64,000 nucleotides of DNA from Candidatus Melainabacteria bacterium 17Bon1m (GCA_032128875.1 JAVLKG010000004.1:704405-768404); one strand, 5' to 3'. Positions 30,244 through 40,344 are shown, numbered from the stretch's first letter. Translations and numbers: made by a program. The notes: a model not told the origin generated them from the sequence alone.

Positions 30244-30272
30244 ATTGTATTACAAAACAAGACAAACGTCAA
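30244..30272 (-). promoter_or_regulatory. Sigma70 promoter with overlapping palindromic operator for the TA locus
   Basis: Minus strand TTGACG-17nt-TACAAT; the palindrome TTGTA-T-TACAA (30245-30255) overlaps the -10 box. Confidence 0.75.
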
Positions 30273-30341
30273 TTTGGCGAAAACTTTGCTTTGGCTAAAT
30301 TTTCCGCTTGCTCTCAAGTTTGAGCTGTAATTATGTATACG

Positions 30342-30381
30342 AAATTGAAAGCAAAAAGTTCAAACCTTTTGCTTTCAATTT
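30342..30381. terminator. Inverted repeat, probable terminator of the response regulator gene
   Basis: AAATTGAAAGCAAAA / TTTTGCTTTCAATTT 15-bp perfect arms, 31 nt downstream of the 30413 stop. Confidence 0.65.
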
Positions 30382-30412
30382 TAAAGAATGCTCGAATCGA
30401 GCAAAGAATCAG

Positions 30413-31147
30413 TTATGTAGTTTCTTTTGAGTCTGCAGCTTCGTCAGCTTGGGCACTTGCTTCGTTCGCAACCCCAGGCTTCTCAAATTTATAACCAACT
30501 CTGTGGAGAGTCTTGATGAGAGATTCTTCTCCATCGTTGTCGATTTTGCTTCTTAGCTTAGTGATGTGAACGCGCACCGTATCTGGTGACGCCTCGGAAT
30601 AGTTAGACCAGACTTTATCGAGGATGGTATCGGCGCTAAAAACCTTGCCGGGGTTGCGCATGAAAAATTCGAGCAATGCATATTCGCGCGGCATCAAAGT
30701 CAGCTGCTTATCGCCCTTTGTCACAACATGGCTGACAGAGTCTAGTTCTAAATCTCCGATTTTGATAACGTTGGTTTTGATCTCACGAGATCGTCGCATT
30801 AGCGCGCGCAACCTTGCGCTTAACTCGCGCATGTGAAAAGGTTTGGTCACGTAATCGTCCGCGCCTGAATCCAAACCCTCTTCTTTGTTGGCTATCTCTT
30901 TCTTTCCTGTAAGCATCAAGACAACACCAGCACCACCATTGGCTCTGTATTCCTTGCACACCTCGAGACCTGTCATTCCCGGCACCTGCCAGTCGAGAAT
31001 GAGCACGTCATACTGGTTTGCTTTCAGCCTTTCCATCGCCGCCGGTCCATTAGCGACATGGTCTACGGCATAGCTTTCGCCCGTTAGCCAGTCATCAATG
31101 ACTCTTGCCAACCTGACATCATCTTCAACAATTAGTACTTTTGGCAT
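30413..31147 (-). CDS. OmpR/PhoB-family response regulator
   Basis: VLIVEDD, LILDW..P, LMLT, GADDYVTKPF, winged helix (EY.LL..F, VRVHI..LR.K, I.T...GY). Confidence 0.97.
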   Translation of the reverse strand: MPKVLIVEDDVRLARVIDDWLTGESYAVDHVANGPAAMERLKANQYDVLILDWQVPGMTGLEVCKEYRANGGAGVVLMLTGKKEIANKEEGLDSGADDYVTKPFHMRELSARLRALMRRSREIKTNVIKIGDLELDSVSHVVTKGDKQLTLMPREYALLEFFMRNPGKVFSADTILDKVWSNYSEASPDTVRVHITKLRSKIDNDGEESLIKTLHRVGYKFEKPGVANEASAQADEAADSKETT

Positions 31148-31377
31148 CTTGGAAAGCTAAAGCAAACACGAAAGCGTGGAGACTATAAGTGGCACCGGTT
31201 TCCCCATTTTACCTGTATTTACACCTCTCTATCCGTCGTCCTATATTTTTCTGGTCAAACCCCAGCATAATGGACATCCGCAGCCTCAGGATCTAAAGTA
31301 GTCGCTGGGGTCTCGTCACGTTCTTTTGTTCCTTTCCGCTCTCGACTAGTCTCGACATCGAGGAAGCATTTTCAGCA

Positions 31378-32880
31378 GTGCGCTTGAACATAAAACAAAA
31401 AGGATTGATCATCGTCGCAATCCCTCTAGTTTTAGAGGCGGCTTTCGTTTTGCTTCTCTATCTCATGCTAGAAGATGCGGAAAACAAAGTCAGCAAGGAG
31501 ACAAAGTCGCGACTTGTTCTTCAAGAAGTGAATAACATCTCCAAAAACATCTTTGACTCCGCAAGCCACCTTGTCACTTGGAACTTTACCCACAGAAGAG
31601 AAGAACTGCAAAAATTCGACAACACGATGCTCGGGATTGCAGACAGCATAGACAATCTCAAAGCTATGAGTGCGGATAATCCGGTGAGACGCGAACACGC
31701 AGCAAAACTAGAGTTCCACGGTAAAGCCACCATGCGGAATTTGATCCAACACCGCGAAAAAATGGTTGGAGATTCAACGCGAGTTTATACTCCCAACTTT
31801 CAACAGTTCAGGCGCGACTTCAATGCTGAGTTCGATCCATTTTTGAAAGAAGCGCAAAGGCTCGCAAAGGAAGAAGAACAAGTACAGGCACAAGTGCCAC
31901 AAGCAGTGGAAGCACGCAAAACGTCATTGCGCATTTTCCTCTTAACAATGTTTACCGCAAACGTGATTGGAGCAATTGCAGTCGCGTTGTATTTCAATCG
32001 AGACATTTCATCTCGCCTGCTGGTTTTAATTGAGAATTCCAGACGAATGGCGATTGGAAAAGAGCTTTTGGACAAAATCAGTGGACAAGACGAAGTAGCG
32101 CAACTAGACCACACTTTCCACGAGATGGCGCAATCTCTTAGACAAGCAGAAGCAACAAAACGCGAATTTGTTCAAATGATCAGTCACGATTTACGCACTC
32201 CTCTAACTGCAATTCTCGGGACGTTCGAGCTTCTGAGTAGCGGCGCCTATGGAGATCTTACTGATCGCGGGCAAACGAGAGTCCTTGATGCAGAAAGAGA
32301 ATCAGAGCGACTTATCGGAATGATTAATGAGTTGCTCGACATCGACAAACTCGAATCCGGCAACATGCAATTATTGTGTGATGAGGTTGAATTGCAGCCG
32401 ATTATTCGTCGCGCCACCGAAGCTGTGAAAGTTATCGCCGAGAAAAACAAGTTGCAACTTGATATTACCGGAGAAAATCCAACGGTCCATGTCGATGAAG
32501 ACCGTGTGGTTCAGATACTCATCAACCTCCTCGGCAATGCAGTCAAATACTCGCCGCAAGGCGGAGTAGTAAAAGTTTGTGCTACTGAAGAAAATCAGTT
32601 TATTCGTATTGATGTTATCGACCAGGGTCCCGGAATTCCCAGGAAAGACAAGAAAGCAATTTTCGAAAGGTTCAAACAAATTGAAGATCAAGAGTACAAG
32701 CGCACCGGAAGCAGCGGATTGGGACTGGCTATTTGCAAAGCTCTTGTGGAAAACCATGGTGGCATGATTGCCGTCGATAGCGAAGTGGGTCAAGGCAGTC
32801 GTTTTTGGTTTACCATTCCACGCGGCAAGTCAGCTTTGCGCGCTGCCGGAACTACAGCAACAGAAAAGCCTACTACCTAG
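31378..32880 (+). CDS. Membrane sensor histidine kinase (periplasmic helical sensor, HAMP, HisKA, HATPase)
   Basis: 2 TMs, DEVAQL HAMP, SHDLRTPL, NLLGNAVKY, DQGPGI, GLGLAI. Confidence 0.95.
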   Translation: MRLNIKQKGLIIVAIPLVLEAAFVLLLYLMLEDAENKVSKETKSRLVLQEVNNISKNIFDSASHLVTWNFTHRREELQKFDNTMLGIADSIDNLKAMSADNPVRREHAAKLEFHGKATMRNLIQHREKMVGDSTRVYTPNFQQFRRDFNAEFDPFLKEAQRLAKEEEQVQAQVPQAVEARKTSLRIFLLTMFTANVIGAIAVALYFNRDISSRLLVLIENSRRMAIGKELLDKISGQDEVAQLDHTFHEMAQSLRQAEATKREFVQMISHDLRTPLTAILGTFELLSSGAYGDLTDRGQTRVLDAERESERLIGMINELLDIDKLESGNMQLLCDEVELQPIIRRATEAVKVIAEKNKLQLDITGENPTVHVDEDRVVQILINLLGNAVKYSPQGGVVKVCATEENQFIRIDVIDQGPGIPRKDKKAIFERFKQIEDQEYKRTGSSGLGLAICKALVENHGGMIAVDSEVGQGSRFWFTIPRGKSALRAAGTTATEKPTT

Positions 32881-32905
32881 ACTTTAAGAATATAAAGGGG
32901 ACGAC

Positions 32906-34366
32906 TTGAATACGGCGCTGACTCTAAGACAGAAAGGTCTGCTGGTCGTCGCCTCTTTGCTCGGTTTTGAATTGCTTCTTCTTGGAGGCTTGAATTGGCT
33001 GCTTAGCGACGCTGAAAAACAGATCGCGAGGCATCAAAGAGCGCAAGCGGTCATCGCCAGTTTACAAAGGCTCTCATCTCTCAGGGAAAGAGCAAATTCC
33101 GGTGTACTGATTCAACAGTTCTTCAAGGACAAGCCAGACTCTGCTCGATTTCATGAGACATTTCAGAAGCATTTGGATGCTATTCCACAGCAATTGGACA
33201 AAATCCGCGAACTGATTAAAGACGATGCCAACGGTTCTAAGAAGCTGGCAGAACTCGACCGCTACACGCGGCTGGGAGTCTCTTTGATTGAGCAGCAGAG
33301 GCAGTTTTACATTGCGCAAAATACTTTTGAAGAGCGAATGACGACTGCCAGACTCGCGGGAATACTCTTTCAGACTTCTCATTGGACTGAAAGCCTGCTT
33401 GAAGATTACGAAAAGATCGAGAGGGAAGTAAGTCCGCTTGAAGAAGAATCGCGAAAGCGGCTCGCACAGGCGCTCTGGGTCATGGCGGCAATTAACATTG
33501 TCATAGCAGTAGTGATTGGGCAAATGTTTGTCAAAAGTATCATCAGCCGTCTTTCCATCATCACTGCCAATAGCAATAGTCTTGCATCTGGTGCAAAACT
33601 CAATGCACCGCTCGAAGGCTCTGATGAGATTGTCGAACTTGACCATGTGTTTCACAACATGGCAAAACGACTAGCAGAGTCCGCTCAGATGAAACAAGAG
33701 TTTGTGCAAATGATCAGCCATGATTTGCGCACACCTTTAACAGCAATTCTTGGAACATTCGAACTATTAAACAGTGGCGCATATGGTGACCTTTCAGAGC
33801 GAGGGCATTCACGAGTCGGTGACGCTGTCAATGAATCACAAAGACTGATTGCAATGATTAACGAGCTTTTGGATATCGAGAGACTGGAGTCCGGCAACAT
33901 GCAGTTGATGCGCGAGGAGCTTGACCTTCAGCCAATTCTGCAGCGTTCGATCGAAGCTGTTTCTGTCATAGCATCCGCTAGGCAGATAAAGTTTGTAGCA
34001 GGTTCCGAAAATCCAACTGTAACTGTAGATGGAGATCGCATAGTTCAAATACTCATTAACCTTCTAGGCAATGCAGTTAAGTATTCGCAGGAAGGCGGAG
34101 TGATCAGTGTAAATGTCTCAGAGCAAGATCAATTAGTTCGGATAGAGGTCGTCGATCAAGGCCCTGGAATTCCAAAGCACGAACAAAATTCAATCTTCGA
34201 GCGCTTCAAACAAATCGAGTCCTCAGAGTACAAGCGCAGCGGCAGCAGTGGACTTGGACTAGCAATTTGTAAGGCTCTGGTCGAAAGCCACGGGGGAAGA
34301 ATAGGCGTCAATAGCGAAGAAGGAAAAGGGAGTTGCTTCTGGTTTACAGTCCCGAAATCAATTTAA
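32906..34366 (+). CDS. Membrane sensor histidine kinase (tandem paralog)
   Basis: Same architecture; SHDLRTPL, NLLGNAVKY, DQGPGI, GLGLAI. Confidence 0.95.
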   Translation: MNTALTLRQKGLLVVASLLGFELLLLGGLNWLLSDAEKQIARHQRAQAVIASLQRLSSLRERANSGVLIQQFFKDKPDSARFHETFQKHLDAIPQQLDKIRELIKDDANGSKKLAELDRYTRLGVSLIEQQRQFYIAQNTFEERMTTARLAGILFQTSHWTESLLEDYEKIEREVSPLEEESRKRLAQALWVMAAINIVIAVVIGQMFVKSIISRLSIITANSNSLASGAKLNAPLEGSDEIVELDHVFHNMAKRLAESAQMKQEFVQMISHDLRTPLTAILGTFELLNSGAYGDLSERGHSRVGDAVNESQRLIAMINELLDIERLESGNMQLMREELDLQPILQRSIEAVSVIASARQIKFVAGSENPTVTVDGDRIVQILINLLGNAVKYSQEGGVISVNVSEQDQLVRIEVVDQGPGIPKHEQNSIFERFKQIESSEYKRSGSSGLGLAICKALVESHGGRIGVNSEEGKGSCFWFTVPKSI

Positions 34367-34404
34367 GAGCGGAAAATACAAAAGCAGAACAATAAATGCA
34401 AAAA

Positions 34405-35235
34405 CTACTCTGCAATAGGATAACCAATAGTTTTAAACTCGGCCTTGATCTCTGAAATGGTCTTGTGACTATCAAGACGTTTCAACAAGTCAGCAGTCAT
34501 TGGCTCTTGTCTGAAAACCTTTTCGATGTCAGCTACCTTCACTTTGCGATTCTTGGCTTTCTGTAGCCAGTTTGCATACGCTTCGGCATCAACGGTCAAA
34601 GGTGATAGCAAGTCATCAGAACCATCGTGAGACTTCCATCGATTAGGTTTGCGATTTGGCCAATTTATAGGACCGATGTGCCAAGCAACATCATCAGTCT
34701 TTCTCCAAATGACAAAGGTGGCGTTATCTGAATTGAAATCTTGTTCTTTCAGGAAGCCTTTCAACTCTTTAGGAAATCCTTTCAGCAAGCCAGGATACAG
34801 TTTTTTCCCTTCTTGCTCTTCCAGGTCGAATGGTGTCACGACCGGATTCATAACAGACTCTTCGTCGTGCCCTTTAATTACACAGCCGCCAGGAGAAAAC
34901 CAGATAACTAGCGAATCATTGCCTTCCCAGTCAAGCTGCAAAACCTTCTCGCCTTCTCGATCTTGCCAATGCTCAGTAAACTTCACGTCAGCATCGCGAT
35001 CACTGTGAAAGCTATCTTGGTAAATGCAGTCCAAAGCGGCGAGCGAGCGAGAAACGCCTACCAATTGATCGATGGGGGGAAGCCGCTCCAGCTTTTGAGT
35101 AGTGGGGGGATCTTTGACGAGTTTTGCAAAGGCCAGGCGCCCGTCTTCAGTGTCAGGGTCATTGAGATAGGAGCAGCCGACCACCGCGGTCAGTGCGAAA
35201 AGGACGCTAATTTTGAAGATTATGTGACTTTTCAT
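34405..35235 (-). CDS. Hypothetical lipoprotein
   Basis: MKSHIIFKISVLFALTAVVGC lipobox from ATG 35235 (track start 35412 overlaps the next gene). The body has a conserved-looking LP....L....SLAALD / F...G..IKG.D.ES.M.P / TF.IWR..D..W..G pattern. Confidence 0.7.
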   Translation of the reverse strand: MKSHIIFKISVLFALTAVVGCSYLNDPDTEDGRLAFAKLVKDPPTTQKLERLPPIDQLVGVSRSLAALDCIYQDSFHSDRDADVKFTEHWQDREGEKVLQLDWEGNDSLVIWFSPGGCVIKGHDEESVMNPVVTPFDLEEQEGKKLYPGLLKGFPKELKGFLKEQDFNSDNATFVIWRKTDDVAWHIGPINWPNRKPNRWKSHDGSDDLLSPLTVDAEAYANWLQKAKNRKVKVADIEKVFRQEPMTADLLKRLDSHKTISEIKAEFKTIGYPIAE

Positions 35236-35383
35236 AGCCCGACATAGAAAAGATGAATCTCCTGCATCATCGCACAATTTGGCAACTCCGTGTCCAAGAA
35301 CCGGGTACCTGCGGGCGCCTGCAATACTTACATAAGTTGTAAAATTAGCGTCGGGCCAAAAGCTCTTGAATACAAGGTAATCC

Positions 35384-36841
35384 GTGAACGTTTCTTTGCA
35401 ACTAAAAGACAAAGCGTTAATACTGGTGGCGGTGCCGCTGGCATTCCAGTTGTTTTTTGTCGCTACTTTGACAATTCTTCTGCGTCAGGCAGAGACGAAA
35501 ACCTTAAGAGAATCCCACTCCCAGCTCATACTTGCGGAATCTAACAGCGTCTTGCGGAGTTTCACCGACGCGGGCATGGCGCTTTACATGTACCAGCTGA
35601 GCGACAGCCAGTCATCTCTCGAACGTTTTCAGGACCTCTGCGAAAGCATTCCGGCGCAGATAAAAACGCTGCGAGTGATGTTGCGCGACAGCCCTAATCA
35701 AACGGAATCTCTTAACCGTGTCGAACGCGTGAGCAACGCAGGGCTCAAAATTCTTGGACAAGCAAGCATGTTGATCAGCGAGGGGCAATCAGCTTCTCAA
35801 TTAAAAAATTCGCGTCAAGAATTGAATAACATGATTCAAGAATTGATGTCCGAAATACAGCGATTCTCGAAAGAGCAGGAAAAGGCAGAGCATGTGCATC
35901 CAGAAGCTGCCGCCCAAGCCAAAGATCTCCTTTCTCGCTGGCTAGCTGTTGGCCTCATGGTCAACATTATCATCGCTGTCCTTTTAGCTCTCTATTTCAA
36001 TAAATCAACCACTCGGCGCCTCACTGTTCTCATGGACAACACCGATCACTTGGCGCGCGGAGAGACCCTTAGTCCTTACGTCGAAGGCGGCGATGAAATT
36101 GCCAAGCTAGACAGGGTTTTTCACAAAATGGCAGACGCCTTGATTGAAACCGGCCGCCGCAAACAAGAATTGATGGCGATGGTGGCACATGATTTACGCA
36201 CGCCGCTCACTTCAATCCGCGCATCGCTCTCCCTCATGTCCACGGGCGCAATGGGCGAGATGCCTGACAAAGCAAGGGTCCATATTGACGGCGCTGAGAA
36301 AAACACAAAACGCCTGATCAACCTTATTAACGATCTGCTCGACATTGAAAAAATGGAAGCGGGCAAAATGGAGATGAAGTATTCGGACTGCGCTCTCCAG
36401 GAAGTCTTTGATAAAGCAGCTGAGTCCGTGGCAGAGTTCGCCAAAAACGCAAAGATCGAGATTGAGGTTCCGGAAACCTCCATAACCTTTCAGGGAGATC
36501 AAGAAAGGTTGGTCAAAGTTTTGAGCAACCTTCTCGACAATGCGGTCAAGTTTTCCCCTCCCAACACCACCATAAAAATGACAGCGGAAAAGCAAGGTGA
36601 AACGCTAGAGATACGTGTAATCGACCAGGGTCGCGGCATTCCACCGGAATTCAAAGAGAAAATATTCGTCCGCTTCCAGCAAGTCAATCCCGAAGATAAG
36701 CAGGAAAAGCAAGGCACTGGGTTGGGCCTAGCAATATGCAAAGCGATCGTTGATGGTCACAACGGAACAATTGGAGTCGACAGCGAGCAAGGAAAAGGCA
36801 GCAGTTTCTGGATTCGCATTCCGTTGAAGCAGTCCGTCTAA
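35384..36841 (+). CDS. Membrane sensor histidine kinase (HAMP, HisKA, HATPase)
   Basis: 2 TMs, GDEIAKLD, AHDLRTPL, NLLDNAVKF, DQGRGI, GTGLGLAI. Confidence 0.95.
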   Translation: MNVSLQLKDKALILVAVPLAFQLFFVATLTILLRQAETKTLRESHSQLILAESNSVLRSFTDAGMALYMYQLSDSQSSLERFQDLCESIPAQIKTLRVMLRDSPNQTESLNRVERVSNAGLKILGQASMLISEGQSASQLKNSRQELNNMIQELMSEIQRFSKEQEKAEHVHPEAAAQAKDLLSRWLAVGLMVNIIIAVLLALYFNKSTTRRLTVLMDNTDHLARGETLSPYVEGGDEIAKLDRVFHKMADALIETGRRKQELMAMVAHDLRTPLTSIRASLSLMSTGAMGEMPDKARVHIDGAEKNTKRLINLINDLLDIEKMEAGKMEMKYSDCALQEVFDKAAESVAEFAKNAKIEIEVPETSITFQGDQERLVKVLSNLLDNAVKFSPPNTTIKMTAEKQGETLEIRVIDQGRGIPPEFKEKIFVRFQQVNPEDKQEKQGTGLGLAICKAIVDGHNGTIGVDSEQGKGSSFWIRIPLKQSV

Positions 36842-36907
36842 TGAATTTCAAGTTGTCTAATGCGATTAAGAAATATCACGGCTTAACGGTACGTCCAGCT
36901 TATTAAT

Positions 36908-38008
36908 ATGCCAACATCAGAACTGCCATATGGCGCAATAAAAATATTCATCGCCCTGGTCGGTGCAGCCGGTGCCGGATCGCTCATGATGTGGCTTGGA
37001 TCTGAAATCGGCACCAGCTCAACAATTCGCTCATGGGAAATTGTCAGAGCTAGCCAGCAAGACGCTAGCACCAAGAAGAATTTTAGCGAAGCTGAAACGC
37101 TGGGCAAACAAGCTATTCGCATTGCAGAACGACTAGGGTCATCAAATTATCGCGTGGGAATTAGCCATGATGATATTGGTGAAATATTGGTCAAAGAAAA
37201 TAAACTCGATGAGGCATGGAAGCACTTCGACGATGCCGAAAAAATCCTGCAGACAAATATAATTCGCGCCAATGACGATATTTCCAAACGACTGTTATTA
37301 TCCGACCTCGCATGGGCGCAGAGAAATTTAGCGCTGCTCAAGCTTAGCGATGGGAGTTCCCAGAATGGAGAAGGACATTCCCAAAACGCAGAAGGTCATT
37401 CAAAACAAGCAGAAGAGTATCTCAAAAAAGGCATCGCCAATTTGGAAATGTGCATTCGCAATAAAAAAGACGGGCGCATCGATTATTTCGCGGCGCATAG
37501 GCAAGTTGATTTGATGCTTCGTCTTGCAACTTTGAACGTCGCAGGCGGTCGCCTCGAGGATGCGCAAAAGTGGTTTCGCAAGGCGATTTTACTTGCCGAC
37601 GAGTCGTTTTATCCAGCGTTCTTGATGAAGCAAGCGCGAGAGCAATTTTCCACACTGTTGAAGAAAGAGGGAAACATTGAAGAAGCGGAAGCACTTTTTA
37701 GTCACGACCACTGGGTGAAACAGGCGCAGGCAGCTGAGCAAGCACGGAGCCAGGAGGATTACGAGGCTACGGCGAAAAACCTACGAGAAGCGGCTAACTC
37801 AGCTAAAGGTTCTAAAGCAACAATGCATCTTGCAATTATCAGTTTGAAAAAACTGGCCAAATTGCAACTCCAGCAAGGAAATAATTCTGCTTGCAAAGAA
37901 ACATGCATGGAAGCGTTGCATATATGGCAAACCTTGGGGGCAAGCCCCAATAGTGAGGCTGATGACATACGCGGATTATTAAAGAGAGTGTCGCCAGGAA
38001 AGAAGTAG
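36908..38008 (+). CDS. Membrane-anchored TPR-repeat protein
   Basis: N-terminal hydrophobic segment followed by helical TPR-like repeats (EAETLGKQAIRIAE, GRLEDAQKWFRKAI, GNIEEAEALF). Confidence 0.75.
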   Translation: MPTSELPYGAIKIFIALVGAAGAGSLMMWLGSEIGTSSTIRSWEIVRASQQDASTKKNFSEAETLGKQAIRIAERLGSSNYRVGISHDDIGEILVKENKLDEAWKHFDDAEKILQTNIIRANDDISKRLLLSDLAWAQRNLALLKLSDGSSQNGEGHSQNAEGHSKQAEEYLKKGIANLEMCIRNKKDGRIDYFAAHRQVDLMLRLATLNVAGGRLEDAQKWFRKAILLADESFYPAFLMKQAREQFSTLLKKEGNIEEAEALFSHDHWVKQAQAAEQARSQEDYEATAKNLREAANSAKGSKATMHLAIISLKKLAKLQLQQGNNSACKETCMEALHIWQTLGASPNSEADDIRGLLKRVSPGKK

Positions 38009-38088
38009 ACTAGAAAACTGGCATAACGCATTCGATGGTGCGCATATGAAACAAACGCTTCTCAAATGTCCAATATTGTCGGCAACTC

Positions 38089-40344
38089 TTACGAACTGCT
38101 GGGATAATTCAGATCTTTGCTATCAACAAACGCGACGCCACCATCTTTCAAATCTTTGATAGCGGTTTTTACGCGCAATCCGACTTTATCTATCCCTCTG
38201 CAAGCGTCTTCGATCAATGTGACCTGATAGCCCAATTTCACGCCATCTAAAGCGGTTTCTTTAACACAATAATTTGTCGCCAAACCGGCAACAAAAATGT
38301 GCTCAACACCTTTCTCTCTGAGATACGCGTCCATCTCAGTGGCTTGTCCACCTTCGCAATCAAAGAAACCACTGAAGCAGTCAACATCAGGATCCATTCC
38401 CTTCTTAAAAATGCGACTGAATTTCTCAGTATTCAGGTTGTCCAAAAATTGAGACCCTTTGGTGTTCTCAATGCAGTGCATGGGGAAAAGCGGTTGCTGA
38501 TAGCTGCCGACGGTTATGCTATCGCCGATTTTCTTATCCGCGTGATTAATGGCAAAGCTAACATGATCGGCTGGATGCCAATCTTGCGTTGCAACAACGA
38601 GAGGAAATTGATCCATAAGCTTGTTGAGCACAGGAACAATCTCTTCTGCTCTAGCGACCGGCAATTCCCCGCTGCTTCCAAAACCTTTCTGTGCATCCAC
38701 GATGACCAGCGCAGCCTTCTCCAATGTTGCCGGCAACTCCGGAGGTGAGGAATTTTTAGCCATAGATTTAGATGCAGACTTGGAGCTTATGGTCACATCT
38801 TGTTTGGCAAAATTTGTATCGGCTGCCGCAAAGCCACCATGCGGACGCCTTTCCTTCGGATGAGCGTCCTTTCGTGTTTGCTGATGTTCTCTTTCTTTCA
38901 GGATCAAATCCGTCTTCATTTCATGCAAACCAATCTCAAGGCCGACCGGATATTGGTGCGGATTCAAAATGCGTTTGTACGTTGGGTGAAAACTTTCCAA
39001 CTGTGTGCGTACAAACTCCTTGGTCTTTTGAAGTGCAGGCACTTTGTAAACTTGCCTGCCATCGTCGAAGATGGGAACCAAAAGATCGTTGAACTTACTT
39101 CCCGCGGAGATGCGCTTCCTGCGTGTCATGTCGAGAGGATCGACTATGATGCTTTCTTTCTGAAGTTTGTCTTCGACATTGAAAATCATGTCCGCAATGT
39201 AGCCGTCTTCATCTTTAAACCTGCGGACTTGCTGAATTCCAGGATTGGAAATTTTTACCGCTTGCTCCGACAGTTTGACTTTGTATGTCCAAGGCTGACC
39301 GGCGTTTTTCACAGCCGAGAGTTTATAGACGCCGCCTAGAGCCGGCTGGTCATATGCTGTCACCAATTTGGTGCCAACACCCCAAACGCTAATTTTTGCG
39401 TTTTGAACATTCAAGCTGTTGATGATATGTTCGTCCAAATCATTGCTTGCAACAATGGCAGCATCTGCAAATCCTGCCTCGTCCAACATCTTTCTGGCTT
39501 CGATACTCAGATAAGCAAGGTCGCCAGAGTCCAGACGAATGCCGAGAAATTGGTGCCCTGTCTTCTTCAACCATTTAGCAGCTTCTATCGCATTTGCAAC
39601 ACCGTCGATAGTGTCATAAGTGTCGACGAGAAAGACACAATTATTTGGCATCGCTTGCGCATATGCCATGAAGGCTTCAAGCTCATCTTCAAAAGACATT
39701 ACCCAACTGTGGGCGTGTGTGCCGCTAACTGGAATTCCATACAACTTGCCCGCCAATACGTTTGACGTTGCATCACACCCGCCTATGTGCGCAGCCAAAC
39801 TCGCAGTCAAGCCGCCGTCAATCCCTTGCGCGCGGCGCAAACCGAATTCGAGAATGCTTTTGTTTCCCGCCGCTTCTCTTATCCTTGCAGCTTTTGTTGC
39901 TACTAAAGTTTGAAAATTGAATATGGTCAGAAGCGCAGTTTCTAAAAGCTGGCACTGAATAATTGGTCCACTTACTCTGACAAGTGGCTCATGCGCAAAG
40001 ACAATCGTGCCGTCAGGAACAGCGTGAATATCCACACTGAGACGAAGATTGCTTAAGTACTGGAGAAAGCTCTCTTCAAAAAGCGGTTGGTCGTCGTGTC
40101 CCTTGAGCGTTGACAAATACTCGAGATCGCTGTCATCAAAACGAAAATTGTTGATGAAATCGACCATCGTTGAAAGCCCGCAGGCAACGGCATATCCACC
40201 GTTAAACGGATTCCTTCTAAACGACAAATGATAGGTTGCTTCCTTAGTGTGGGAGCCTGTTTTCCAATGCGCGTATGCCATCGTCAGCTGATAAAGATCA
40301 GTGAGCAAACTCAACGACTCTCGATAAAGTCCATAAAGCGTCAA
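38089..40344 (-). CDS. pncB: Fused nicotinate phosphoribosyltransferase (PncB) and nicotinamidase (PncA)
   Basis: PncB: LLTDLYQLTM, EFGLRRAQG, GTHAHSW, LVDTYD, IRLDSGDL, GVGTKL, GGVYKL. After a linker, PncA: IVD.Q, QDWHP..H.SF, HC..NT.G, KKG, GLATNYCV. Single frame with no stop. Confidence 0.92.
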   Translation of the reverse strand: MTLYGLYRESLSLLTDLYQLTMAYAHWKTGSHTKEATYHLSFRRNPFNGGYAVACGLSTMVDFINNFRFDDSDLEYLSTLKGHDDQPLFEESFLQYLSNLRLSVDIHAVPDGTIVFAHEPLVRVSGPIIQCQLLETALLTIFNFQTLVATKAARIREAAGNKSILEFGLRRAQGIDGGLTASLAAHIGGCDATSNVLAGKLYGIPVSGTHAHSWVMSFEDELEAFMAYAQAMPNNCVFLVDTYDTIDGVANAIEAAKWLKKTGHQFLGIRLDSGDLAYLSIEARKMLDEAGFADAAIVASNDLDEHIINSLNVQNAKISVWGVGTKLVTAYDQPALGGVYKLSAVKNAGQPWTYKVKLSEQAVKISNPGIQQVRRFKDEDGYIADMIFNVEDKLQKESIIVDPLDMTRRKRISAGSKFNDLLVPIFDDGRQVYKVPALQKTKEFVRTQLESFHPTYKRILNPHQYPVGLEIGLHEMKTDLILKEREHQQTRKDAHPKERRPHGGFAAADTNFAKQDVTISSKSASKSMAKNSSPPELPATLEKAALVIVDAQKGFGSSGELPVARAEEIVPVLNKLMDQFPLVVATQDWHPADHVSFAINHADKKIGDSITVGSYQQPLFPMHCIENTKGSQFLDNLNTEKFSRIFKKGMDPDVDCFSGFFDCEGGQATEMDAYLREKGVEHIFVAGLATNYCVKETALDGVKLGYQVTLIEDACRGIDKVGLRVKTAIKDLKDGGVAFVDSKDLNYPSSS

